Assembly: GCA_943704425.1 (NCBI GenBank)
Contig: CALSCP010001671.1
Location: 1-49,960 of the forward strand
Origin: Ministeria vibrans ATCC 50519
Lineage: Eukaryota > Protista > Filasterea
Length of the DNA stretch: 49,960 nt
Reading direction: 5' to 3'
The notes beneath the pieces are model-generated. The model was not told the origin of the DNA. It was given only the letters and a program-made list of their open reading frames with translations, and did no database searches. Position 1 is the first letter of the stretch, and every line of letters starts with the position of its first letter. Position numbers and translations under genes: made by a program. This document shows positions 1-10,682 of the stretch, one piece after another.

Positions 1-95
<95 letters not shown>

Positions 96-169
96 ATTTC
101 TTTTTATCCTGCCCCGTACAACACGTGTCTTCTCGGCGTGCATCCGCGAGAGACCAACCCAACACACCT

Positions 170-211
170 GGTGTTTTTTAACACCACCACATTTTCAAAG
201 AATGAGAACGA
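170..211 (+). promoter_or_regulatory. Histone 3' stem-loop plus downstream purine-rich element (H4)
   Basis: GGTGTT-TTTT-AACACC (170-185) then ACCAC; GAGAACGA at 204-211. The same layout follows H2A and H3. Confidence 0.9.
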
Positions 212-275
212 AAAGAAAAATTTAAAATTGATTCTGATTTCTGTGTGTGACTGTGGAGTGACTGTACATGTCTGC

Positions 276-299
276 GTGTGTGTGTGTGTGTGTGTGTGT
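276..299. repeat. (GT)n microsatellite
   Basis: Perfect GT run. Confidence 0.95.
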
Positions 300-1081
300 C
301 AGTTATTGAAAGGACAATAGGCGGGTCCTACGTTTGTGGTGGTCATTTTGTTAGTGTGGGTGGTTGGGTAAGCACACGTAATTCAAAGTTCGTCGTCTCA
401 AAGATATCATGTAAAGTTTTGTTTGTTTGTATCAGCACAATGAGTGAGCACGCGTGTGCAGTTTGTGAGACAATCAAGCTTCAATCGTTGAGAGGCACTC
501 AAGGCAGCGACTTGGTGAGTGTCTCTTGTACTCACGTGCTGGGTGAGCACATTTCTCTCATCAATCACTTCATTGAGAATGCCAGTCTGCGTCCAGCCAT
601 GTCTTGTGCATTCTGTGTGTATCAGCATGGGAGAGTACTGAGTATTTTGTGAGGCGGGCGAGCATCGACTGTTGAGGGGCGGCGACTTAGTGTGTCTTGT
701 ACTTGAATGCTGGGTGAGCACACAACGTTTTTCTGTGCTGCGAAATGATTAGCCTTGGCGTTGAGGCGTTCTGCCTTCTGTGTGTATCAACACGCATATG
801 CACATGTTTAGTGTGGCAAGAATTGGTTGGTGATTGGTGAGAAGGGGCGAGCTCGCGAGTATTTTTTTGCGTTGCGCGAGCACACAGCACTAGTTTGCAA
901 GAGTTTCTTGCAAATTATTAGTGCTGTGCATAAAGATTAAAGTGGCGTCACTCATCCATGACATACAACGTCGTCAAGGTGTCGGTACTTTTTGTGCTGT
1001 GACTGCTGCTTGCTTTGGCGTTTGTGCCCATTTTTCCGCGAGTTTTCCATTCGCGTTTGCTGGGTGAGCACATTTTTTTTT
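293..1081 (+). ncRNA. Candidate array of about 5 structured non-coding elements in the histone spacer
   Basis: Units open with TGTRTCRRY and close with GYTG-SGYRA-GCACA; TGCTGGGTGAGCACA is exact at 537, 708 and 1058; the unit ends pair with compensatory changes; spacing 162-188 bp. Confidence 0.45.
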
Positions 1082-1277
1082 ACTTTCTCGCTGATACACC
1101 TTGTCTCACCACCGCACAGCATCAACGAACATAATACCCAAAGCACCATTCAACATCCAGTCACGAGTAGACGACTGTCTGGACGTACCAAACATCCTTA
1201 AGCTCAAAGAGTCACGTCTGGCGTCGTTTGCGTCAAGTGCAATGCAATATAAAATAAAATATATCATTATTTCTTTG

Positions 1278-1320
1278 TCGTTCTCTTTCTTTAGAAATGT
1301 AGGTGGTGTTTAAAAACACC
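1278..1320 (-). promoter_or_regulatory. Histone 3' stem-loop plus downstream purine-rich element (H2A)
   Basis: Minus strand: GGTGTT-TTTA-AACACC (1320-1305), ACCTA, then AAAGAAAGAGAACGA (GAGAACGA at 1285-1278). Confidence 0.9.
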
Positions 1321-1387
1321 AGAGGTTTGGTTTGGTTTGTGTGCGCATGGCAACACTTTGTTGAAGAATTTGCTCGGGGAGACAAAT

Positions 1388-1845
1388 TTACTCGGCGTCA
1401 GCCTTGGCCTTGCTCTTCTTGGGCAGGAGCTGCGAGTGGATGTTGGGGAGGACACCGCCCTGGGCAATGGTGACACCCGCGAGCAGCTTGTTGAGCTCCT
1501 CGTCGTTGCGGATGGCGAGCTGGAGGTGGCGCGGGTTGATGCGCGTCTTCTTGTTGTCGCGGGCAGCGTTGCCAGCGAGCTCAAGGATCTCGGCACCGAG
1601 GTACTCCATGACGGCGGCCAGGTAGACCGGGGCGCCGGCACCAATGCGCTGAGCGTAGTGTCCCTTGCGCAGCAGGCGGTGGATACGGCCAACGGGGAAC
1701 TAACGAGAAGGAGGGGAGATGGGTGAGACACAAAAAGAACCAACCACAACAAATAATCATTTTTATGTACCTGGAGTCCCGCACGCGACGAGCGCGTCTT
1801 GCTCTTGCCGGCAGATGCAGCAGTCTTCTTTCCTCGTCCAGACAT
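1388..1845 (-). CDS. H2A: Histone H2A (exons 1845-1771, 1699-1388)
   Basis: MSGRGK...SSRAGLQ|[13 protein letters not shown]...[32 protein letters not shown]...LLPKK; GT-AG intron 1770-1700; no C-terminal SQ motif. Confidence 0.99.
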
Positions 1846-2695
<850 letters not shown>

Positions 2696-2752
2696 ATCAA
2701 GTTCTTTGATTTCCCAGCAACTGCTCCATCAGCTTCACAACAAACCAAACCT

Positions 2753-2794
2753 GGTGTTTTTTAACACCACCACATGTCCACACGAAGAGAACGA
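2753..2794 (+). promoter_or_regulatory. Histone 3' stem-loop plus downstream purine-rich element (H3)
   Basis: GGTGTT-TTTT-AACACC (2753-2768), ACCAC, GAGAACGA at 2787-2794. Confidence 0.9.
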
Positions 2795-3431
2795 AAGAGT
2801 TTCACAACGTGATACTGATGTCATTTTAAAGGAAGGTCATTGGATTTGTTATGGATTTTTATGATTGTACTTTCTGTTACTCTTGTATATAGATTCTCGC
2901 AAGAAGAACGATTTGAATAGGTTCTTTACTCTTCGTCAAGACAGTGCAGAACTGCACGACGAGTAATGCGCCATGTTTCCTTGCCAGTGATGGTAAAGCG
3001 GCGGCCTTGAATCTTGCCAGCTCGATATTGGCGTCGTGAGGCAGCATGAGTAATTCCAAATTCTACCTCTCCCCCTCTTTCCCGTATCATGTCCTGAGTG
3101 TATCTCACTCAATGCGCCATGTGCTCGCAAGCAACCGCACCAGAGTTCCATCCAGCAGTGTCACAGGCGTGCCATCTACGTGTTCGCACTCGTCATTCTT
3201 CTGAGTTCAAGCATACTGACTATTGTGTTGGCGTCAAACTGGAAGAGTGTGTACAGTTGTCATGTGCGGAGTGCAATGTTGCAAGAGGGAAAACGTGAGA
3301 GTGCAATTGAGAGAGAATTATCCATTTTGTATGAGTGCCTGCTGATTTTCGCAACTGGGCCACCAAAAATAAACAATGAAAATATGACAAAAACACACAC
3401 ATACACACACATAGACAGAGTTGCATCGGTG

Positions 3432-4960
3432 TCACTGCTGGGCACACACAGACGAGCCCACATCCGCTGCAATGTGGTCCATCACTAGAGAGCGCAGTGT
3501 TTCCAGTGACTCGCGCAATCGCTCAATGGTCTCACTTGTCGCCTCTATCGTCAAATCTGTTATTTTAATCCACCACACGCAAAAGGTAGTGTCAGAGGAA
3601 GGTTCTGGGGTGCGAGCAATGACATGCATACCTTCGGGAATGTCTTCGGGAGGAGCAAGGGCAGTCTCAGAGGCACGAAAAAGTACTCTAAGATCGGGCG
3701 TCACTCCCAGCGCCAACTGATTGCTTACTGTCTGCAGAGACTGCGCCTCACACGCACACTCCTCAATCTATACGCCCAATCATGACCACTTTTCAGTATA
3801 TTCTCGCTTCGATTCTTTCAGCCGTACCAACTTTGAGGCTCGCATAAATTTGCCATAGTCACACTTGAACAGTTTCTCCTCCTACATAAAAATCAGCTGC
3901 TCCGTTCACTCGCTCCATCATTCTCTTACTGCTTCTCTTCTGCGCTCCTCTGCAAGCGACCGTTTCTCTTTGCGCAGTTCGTCCATTTCGTCGTTTAGGC
4001 GAGCAACAAGTCCGTCCTTTTCGCTCATTTCCTATACAATTTTTTTGCAATGAGACGTCGCATACATTAAAATGATTCATAATGACATGATTGTCCATAC
4101 CACTCTCAAGTCTGTCAGGTTCCTTCGCAGCTCTCGAATTTCACTCTCTTGCTCAATCTCATGTTCATGAGGCCGTCTAAACAAACAGCAAACCAACCAA
4201 AGCAAATGAAGTTCCTCGGTTTCAACAGGAGACTCGCGCAACGACACACATTTTTTTTTGCTTGCCTCGTCGTTTGTGCGGTCATTTCAAGTTCTTCCAA
4301 AGTCTGTTTCAGACCGGGAATTCGCGCGTGCAGTGCACTACTTCGTTCACACTCGGCACGAACCTCTCGCTCGACTGTTTTCAGTTCAGCCTAAGTCACA
4401 GAGAGACGTACAAGGATGAGATCCATTTCCAAAACATTTGTACACAACACACTCACTTCGCGCGCTTTAACGCGCTCTTCGAGTTTTCTGTTGCGCGACA
4501 GAGCAGCTTCCAGGTCGCCCAAGGCGTTGCGGTGTTCCTCGGGAGTGGGCACGTCGACGAGGTAGTTCTCCAGGGTCTTGATGCGGCGTCGCAGCATGGC
4601 AACTTCACCCGAGGTGTCGTCGGGCGGGGCAACCGTCGTCCGGAAGGCTGCCGACGCGTCGAGTCGTTTTGACGAGTCTGCAGTCTTTCGCTGTAGCGCC
4701 GCAATCTCCTGACGCTTCAGTGTAAGCATGTCGGCGTATTGCGCGCGCAAACGTCCAATTTCCGCCTCTTGCGCTTCGACACGGAGTTTGAGTGCGTCAA
4801 CGGACGCGCGCGCTGCTCTCGGCGAAATAGGGCCTCGGTCGCGCACCGTCGTTGACGGGCGCGACGTCGTGCCAAATGTAGACGAGGGGGTCATCGATTG
4901 CATCGGGCGGATCGGCGAGCTGAGCTCGTACGGTCGTGTTCGGGTCGATTGACTTGACAT
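3432..4960 (-). CDS. CEP85/CEP85L-like centrosomal coiled-coil protein (multi-exon)
   Basis: IKTLENYLVDVPTPEEH resembles the CEP85 IETLERYLADLPT motif; C-terminus LETLRSLVMDHIAADVGSSVCAQQ* resembles the CEP85 end (recalled as RYAQDMGENCVTQ); coiled-coil exons between. One internal junction is unresolved. Confidence 0.65.
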
Positions 4961-5042
4961 GTCAAAAGTGAGAGATAAATATAAACTATAAAGACTCAAG
5001 TTTTCTTGTTGTCACTGATCACTTTCTTTTTATTCTTTCAGT

Positions 5043-7580
5043 ATGAATCGGATTCTGTACGTTGCAGCGCTTGCCGTTGTCGCATCGACGCTGGTGGTCG
5101 GCGCATCGCTGAACAGGAAGGCAAGCTCGCTCGCACCCACACCGCCAATGGGCTGGATGAGGTGAGTGTATGAAGAGGGCCACACTGCACAATGGTGCAT
5201 CCTATCAAAGGATCCATGGTCGCCTCGTTTGCCTGGAGGAGAAGAGGAAGACAATCTCTCTCAAAAAAGAACAACAAAAACAAAGAAAAATGGAAGCTGA
5301 CCTCACTGGACACTTTGGCGTCCATGTTTGCTTGCAACTCATCGCGGCATTGTGTAGTTGGGAGATATTCCGATGCGAAGTGGACTGCACGACGCATCCG
5401 GACACGTGCATCAGCGAGGAGCTGTACAAACAGCAGACGGATCGTCTTGCGGCGGACGGGTTCCTCGCCGCCGGCTACGAAGGCATCCACATCGACGACT
5501 GTACGCACCAGCACACCGCCGAACGTCTTCTAAGCACCCTCCCCCCGCTGCGTCTGCTTTGTATTGTCTGTAGGCTGGGAGCAGAAGAACCCACCGCGCG
5601 AATCGGGCCGACTGGTGGCCAACACTACTCGCTTTCCGTCTGGCCTCAAGTCGCTGAGCGACTACATGCACGACAAGAAGGTCAAGTTTGGTCTGTACAC
5701 CGCCGAGAGCACCAGCACCTGGTACAATCAAAATTCAAAAGTCGAAGGGGAGAAGGGTCCAATGTTGGTGTGTTTATTTGTTGTTAGTGGCGGCTATCCC
5801 GCATCCAAGGGCTACGAGACGCAGGATGCCAACTCGTTTGCCTCGTGGGGTGTGGACTACATCAAGGTGGATGGCTGCGGTCAACCTGACTACTACCCCA
5901 CAGGTACCACGTTTGTTTGTGTGTGTGGAGAGAGAGTGTGTGTGTGAGAGAGAGAGTTTGAGAGAGAAAGTGATACAAAGTAAAAAGAGGAATGATACTG
6001 AAACGGACTTTTTAGGGTACCCTCTGATGGGAGAAGCGCTGATCAATAGCGGACGCGACATTGTGTACAGCTGCTCGTGGCCTGCCTATCTGGGTAACAA
6101 TGAGACGACCAAGCCGTACGACTCAATGATTGCGGCCCACTGTAACCTCTGGCGCAACTGGGCTGGTATGAATTTTTTGTTTGGCTTTTTTCCCACTGTC
6201 AATTCACTGTCAAACCACTGCTCTGATAGATATCCAGTGCAACAACAACTCGCTGTTTGGCATCATTGACCACTACGGCGATTACAGCGAGGTTCTTCAG
6301 AAGTACGCGGCGCCCGGTCACTTCAACGATCCCGATATGGTCAGAACAAGCCCCTCATCACACACACTCTCTTTTTCAATATGACTCACTCTAAGCCTTT
6401 CACACCCACTGTTCTCGTTCTTATACTCACGGTCACTTCCGCTTTCTCTCTCTCTCTCTGTTTCTCTGTTTGTCTCTGTCTTTATCACTTTGATTCTTTC
6501 TCCTCCCTCTGTCTCCATCGCTTTGTTTCTTTTCTCTTCTCTCTGTCTGTCTCTGTCTGTCTTTGTCTGTCTCTGACTCTCTCTGTCTCTGTCTCTCTTT
6601 CTCTCTATCACTTTGTTTCTTTCTCCCTCCTCTCTCTCTCTCTTTCTCTGTCTGTCTCTCTCTGTCTGTCTCTCTCTCTAGCTGCTGATTGGCAATACAT
6701 GCATTAGCGACGACGAAGCACGCACGCAAATGGCCATCTGGTCCATTCTGGCAGCACCTCTCATTATGGGCAATGATCTTCGTCACGTCTCACAGTCCGC
6801 CAAAGATATTCTCCTCAACAAGGAAGCCATTGCGGTGGATCAAGTGCGACACATTTACACATACGGTTTAAACCCTAACCCCCTCTTTATTATTATCAGG
6901 ACCCAATGGGACGTGCGGGAATCCGAGTGAGTCCCAAGCAGTCGCTTGAAGTTTGGTCGCGTGAGCTCTCGACGCCTCTGGGGTCGCGTGCGGTTGGGCT
7001 GCTGAACAAACAAGGCGTGCCTGTGCCAGCTGAACCCTGTCCATCGTGGAATGTCACCGAGCAAGGCTACCTTGAGGCGTGTGGTGGTGGCGCAGGCAAC
7101 ATTGAGTGCTGGGGCGATCGTCGTTCGCTGGAGACGGTCCAGAAGCAGTGCTGCGACGATGTTGCTTGTGCGGGCTTCTCGTACAATGCGCAATCGGGCA
7201 CGGGTAAGCCATTGGAAGCGCAAGCAGGAGAGTGAGATTGGTTTATCTAATGCCTGCGGGGGTAGGGTGCACGAAGCGCAACCAGGACTGCGGGCTGGTC
7301 AAGGCCGAGGGCTACAATGGTTACAGCAAGCCTCACTTCCACCCGGCCTCTCCGGGCCCCGCAAACATCACTGTTCATTTCAACGAGATTGGCATCAGCG
7401 GTACACTATGAAGTCTCTTTATCACACCAAACTCACCCTTGCACTGTCGGTCGTGCATTAGGCTCTGCGCGTGTGCGCGACCTGTGGACGCATAAGGATC
7501 TGGGGGTGTTTGAGCGCTCCTTCACTGCTGAGAATGTGCCCATCCACGGCACCGCCTTCCTGAAGATCACTCCCCTTTAG
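5043..7580 (+). CDS. GH27 alpha-galactosidase / alpha-N-acetylgalactosaminidase (multi-exon, secreted)
   Basis: Signal peptide; TPPMGW, HIDDCW, RFPSG, WGVDYIKVDGC, YSCSWP, CNLWRN, PGHFNDPDML, WSILAAPLIMGNDLR, VRDLW motifs. Confidence 0.95.
6445..6678. repeat. CT-rich intronic low-complexity tract with copies of the ATCACTTTGTTTCTTTCTCC unit
   Basis: Inside a GH27 intron; unit shared with 7849-8110. Confidence 0.8.
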
Positions 7581-7696
7581 AGATGACAATATCTTCTCTC
7601 TTTTCACAAGTGCAAAAGGAGGTTATTTTTCGTTTACATTATTTGTTTCCTATTGATACAGACATAGCGACGATATGGTGTGACTTTCGTTGTGTG

Positions 7697-8984
7697 TTAT
7701 TCTGTGAGTGCGTCTTTGGCCAGTCTCTGGGCTTCTTGAAGACACAGAGTGTGGTCAGCACAGTATTCTCCCGCAAAGTGCACAATCCAATCGCCCTTTT
7801 GATAGTCCGCTCCCTACAAAAAAAAGGAATCCATTAAGCTCATAGCTCCCTCTATCACTTTGTATCTTTCTCCCTCCTTTCTCTCTATCACTTTCTTTCT
7901 TTCTCCCTCCTCTCTCTATCACTTTCTTTCTTTCTCCCTCCTTTCTCTCTCTCTATCACTTTGTTTCTTTCTCCTTTCTCTCTCTCTATCACTTCGTTTC
8001 TTTCTTCTCTCTCTATCTCTATCAGTTTGCTTCTTTCTTCTCTCTCTCTATCACTTTGTTTCTTTCTCCCTCCTTTCTCTCTCTCCATCACTTTGTTTCT
8101 TTCTCTCTCACTCTCACCTTGGGAACACCTGGGAGACGAGGATACGACTGCAGCCATCGCTTTTGGGCAAGTGGGATCACATGCAGGTGGATTTGCTTCT
8201 CGACGGGTCGCATGCGCGAGACGACGTGAATGAGCGCGTGCTGTTCCTGCCACCATTGTGTGCGCGAGCGAGTGTGTTCTGCAATGATCTTGTCGAGAAA
8301 GGCCAGTGTCCACGGGGTGTGGCGCACAAGCATCACGCCTGCGTTGAGACCGTTCTCGTCTTGGACCAGTGTCACATCGTTGGGCGACTCGTCCTCAATG
8401 CGATCCTCAATGCGGATCGTCGCATTGGCAATGACTGCGTCTGCGTCCACATACAAAATCCAGTCGTACTCGACGAGGTAGCGACGCAAGGCGATAATCT
8501 TGGTCCAGATAAACGGCAGAGATGCGTCCAGCGACTCCTTCTGTTCGATGTAGGCGTAGGCGTGTCGGCGTGCGTATGCCGCCAAATTCGGAAGTGACAC
8601 CGAGCGCAGTAGGCTCAATTTATCGGGATTGGTGACGGTGGGGAAGCGCAGCGGATGGGGGTCGGACGTGTCGAGTGTCATGAGCGCTATGCGCCGTGTC
8701 CTGCTCGACGACAAAGGCGGTGGCGGCGGGGGCGATGGTGAATCGTGCGCTTGTTGTCTCAATGCAGTTGTATTCTCCCTCCTGCTCGCTTGCCTCTGCT
8801 GCGACACATGCGTCGCGACCACCACAGCCTGCTCTGGCTGCACAAGGGGTCCCTGGTCGAACGCAGCGTCGTCCGTCGACGAGTGTTGCGTCTGATCGCC
8901 CAGGTACACCAGCGTGAGTGTCACAATGACTCCGAGCGCCCCAATGAGAAGTGGAAACTTTCTCATTCGCGCAACGTTCATCAT
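7697..8984 (-). CDS. GT34 family glycosyltransferase (MNN10/GMA12-like), type II membrane protein, 2 exons
   Basis: N-terminal TM; WTKI, WILYVDADA (DxD), QDENGLNAGV, WQEQHAL, LQSY; last exon YQKGDWIVHFAG...*. Confidence 0.9.
7849..8110. repeat. Minisatellite, about 8 copies of a ~30-37-bp unit (CTCTATCACTTTGTTTCTTTCTCCCTCCT-like)
   Basis: Fills most of the GT34 intron; ATCA[CG]TT recurs about 8 times. Confidence 0.9.
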
Positions 8985-9719
8985 TCACGCCACGTTTAGT
9001 CAAAGTGCAATTTTTTTTGTCGCAACTTCAATACGTTCTAACAGAATAAACAAACTGAAAGGAAAAAAAAATCACAAAAAATATTCATCCGATTTTGCTT
9101 TTATTGCTACTTAAGTATTAAGAAATTAGACGTACCGCGTACGTATACACCATTAAGAGTAAAGAGTTAAGACTTAAAGCTTAAGATTTAAGACTTAAGA
9201 CACAAGTAAGGACTGTCTCGTCTGTCTGGGACTCACGAAAAGAAAGGAACGCACTACTTAATTTATTTTGGGTATAATCTCTTCAACTGTCGCGATCACT
9301 GTTTGAAAAAGCGCTCGAGATGATTGAATACCAGTATTGCGCCACCGTCGACCTACGCGTTAAACAGTGGCTCCAGAAGATCAAGGAGAGCGACACAACG
9401 AAAATTGTCGCCACCAGCGTTGCTCTTGACGTCGTCGTTGCCGTGGGTATCGGGGATAGCAGCTCAGTTCGGTTACGGCGACAATGAAGACGACACGACT
9501 GAGTAAATGTACTAAAAGTGGCTCTCGTTGGGGTCAGTAGCATACTGGGCTCATTTTGAGACATAGACAAACGTCGACAGAGTAACAAGCTCGGTTAATG
9601 CACAATGCATGTTGACGGACTCTACGTTGACTCAAGAAGGTCTCTTTCTCTCTCTCCTCTCTCTCTCTCACTCATTCTCTCGCACAAAATAAGATAGACA
9701 AACACAGTGGATTCTTCAT

Positions 9720-9949
9720 TTAGAGTCCGAGCTTGGTGCGTCGCCAGTGACGGCGCTTCGAGTTGTATCTACGAAAAGTCAAAGAATGAATGAGTCGAAC
9801 ACACAACAGAAAACAACATGACAACCGCCGTTTGCTTCTTACCGGATGGTGTTGTCGGTTCGCAGACGAATCCACTGAGGGATGGGACGGTTCTGCTTCA
9901 TCTTCTTGGCAAGCTTGCGCTTGATAACGAACGACTTGTGCGACGGCAT
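9720..9949 (-). CDS. RPL39: 60S ribosomal protein L39 (exons 9949-9843, 9768-9720; probable 5'UTR intron 10612-9951)
   Basis: [36 protein letters not shown]|[15 protein letters not shown]. Confidence 0.98.
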
Positions 9950-10682
9950 GCTGCAACGAGAGACAAGGGCGCGTTGGTCAGCAGACGCCCACACACGCAC
10001 TGCCGTCCGAGCGACAGATACACCCCACCGCGAGACGGCAACAGGCCGAAACAGGTGAACAGAAGGAAAACGAGGAAAAAAAAAAAAAAAAAAGAACAAG
10101 TCGAACAGAAAAAAATATAATATAATAGACGATGGCCAGAGGACGTTCTACATAGCACCATCAGGTGCACTGAAGATGTAGCAGGGCACAGGAGCGAGCA
10201 AGGACATGTGTGCCTTGTGCTCGTTTTGGCAACGAGAAATGTGACACGAAGCGAAAAGCGGCGACACGACCAGCTGCACAATGGCGCGCACTGGCCCCAG
10301 CGCCGGCGCGCACGCCATGCGCCTGCACGTTTTTCATAGCCATGCGGCAAAGGGTTTTCTTTTCCTCCTTTTTTTTTTTTTTTTTTTTTTTTTGAGATTG
10401 CTCAAAGGCAAGTTGGTGAAGCAGGCGGGTGTGCTGCTGCACAACGTAGACCGTGGCTGCACCATGGACTGGCACTGGAGACAGGCGCAGAGAAGCGGGC
10501 TGAAGCGCGAGGGAGGCAGCCGCACGACAAACCCCCCCACTGGGCTTTGATCCACACGCTTTGGACAGGTCAAAACAGAGGAGGATCGCCCGACGCACAC
10601 TCGTTCACTCACCTATCGTTAGAAGGAGCAATAAGAAAGAACGAATAACGAATTCGATCAGTGATCATTTTATTTTCAATCA

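Noticed and set aside
293-1081. CRISPR-like repeat-spacer interpretation of the spacer array
   Set aside because: Eukaryotic context, repeats of 15 nt or less, ~160-nt gaps and no cas genes.
1278-1320. Plus strand reads like a U7 RNA (TCGTTCTCTTT...TAGAAATG, then a hairpin)
   Set aside because: It is just the reverse complement of the H2A 3' signals, so the complementarity is trivial, and there is no proper Sm site.
2990-3325. Faint Lsm10/Sm-fold-like peptides on the minus strand (NSLSIAL, NLELLMLPHDANI)
   Set aside because: Joining them needs several stops and frameshifts, the registers are mutually inconsistent and the splice sites are poor; likely chance.
6318-6786. ORFs rich in ER/RE, SL or CV repeats
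   Set aside because: Translations of intronic GA/CT/GT microsatellites.
10130-10250. H/ACA snoRNA on the plus strand (ACAGGA and ACA boxes)
   Set aside because: Antisense to the RPL39 host, and pocket-to-box distances do not fit.
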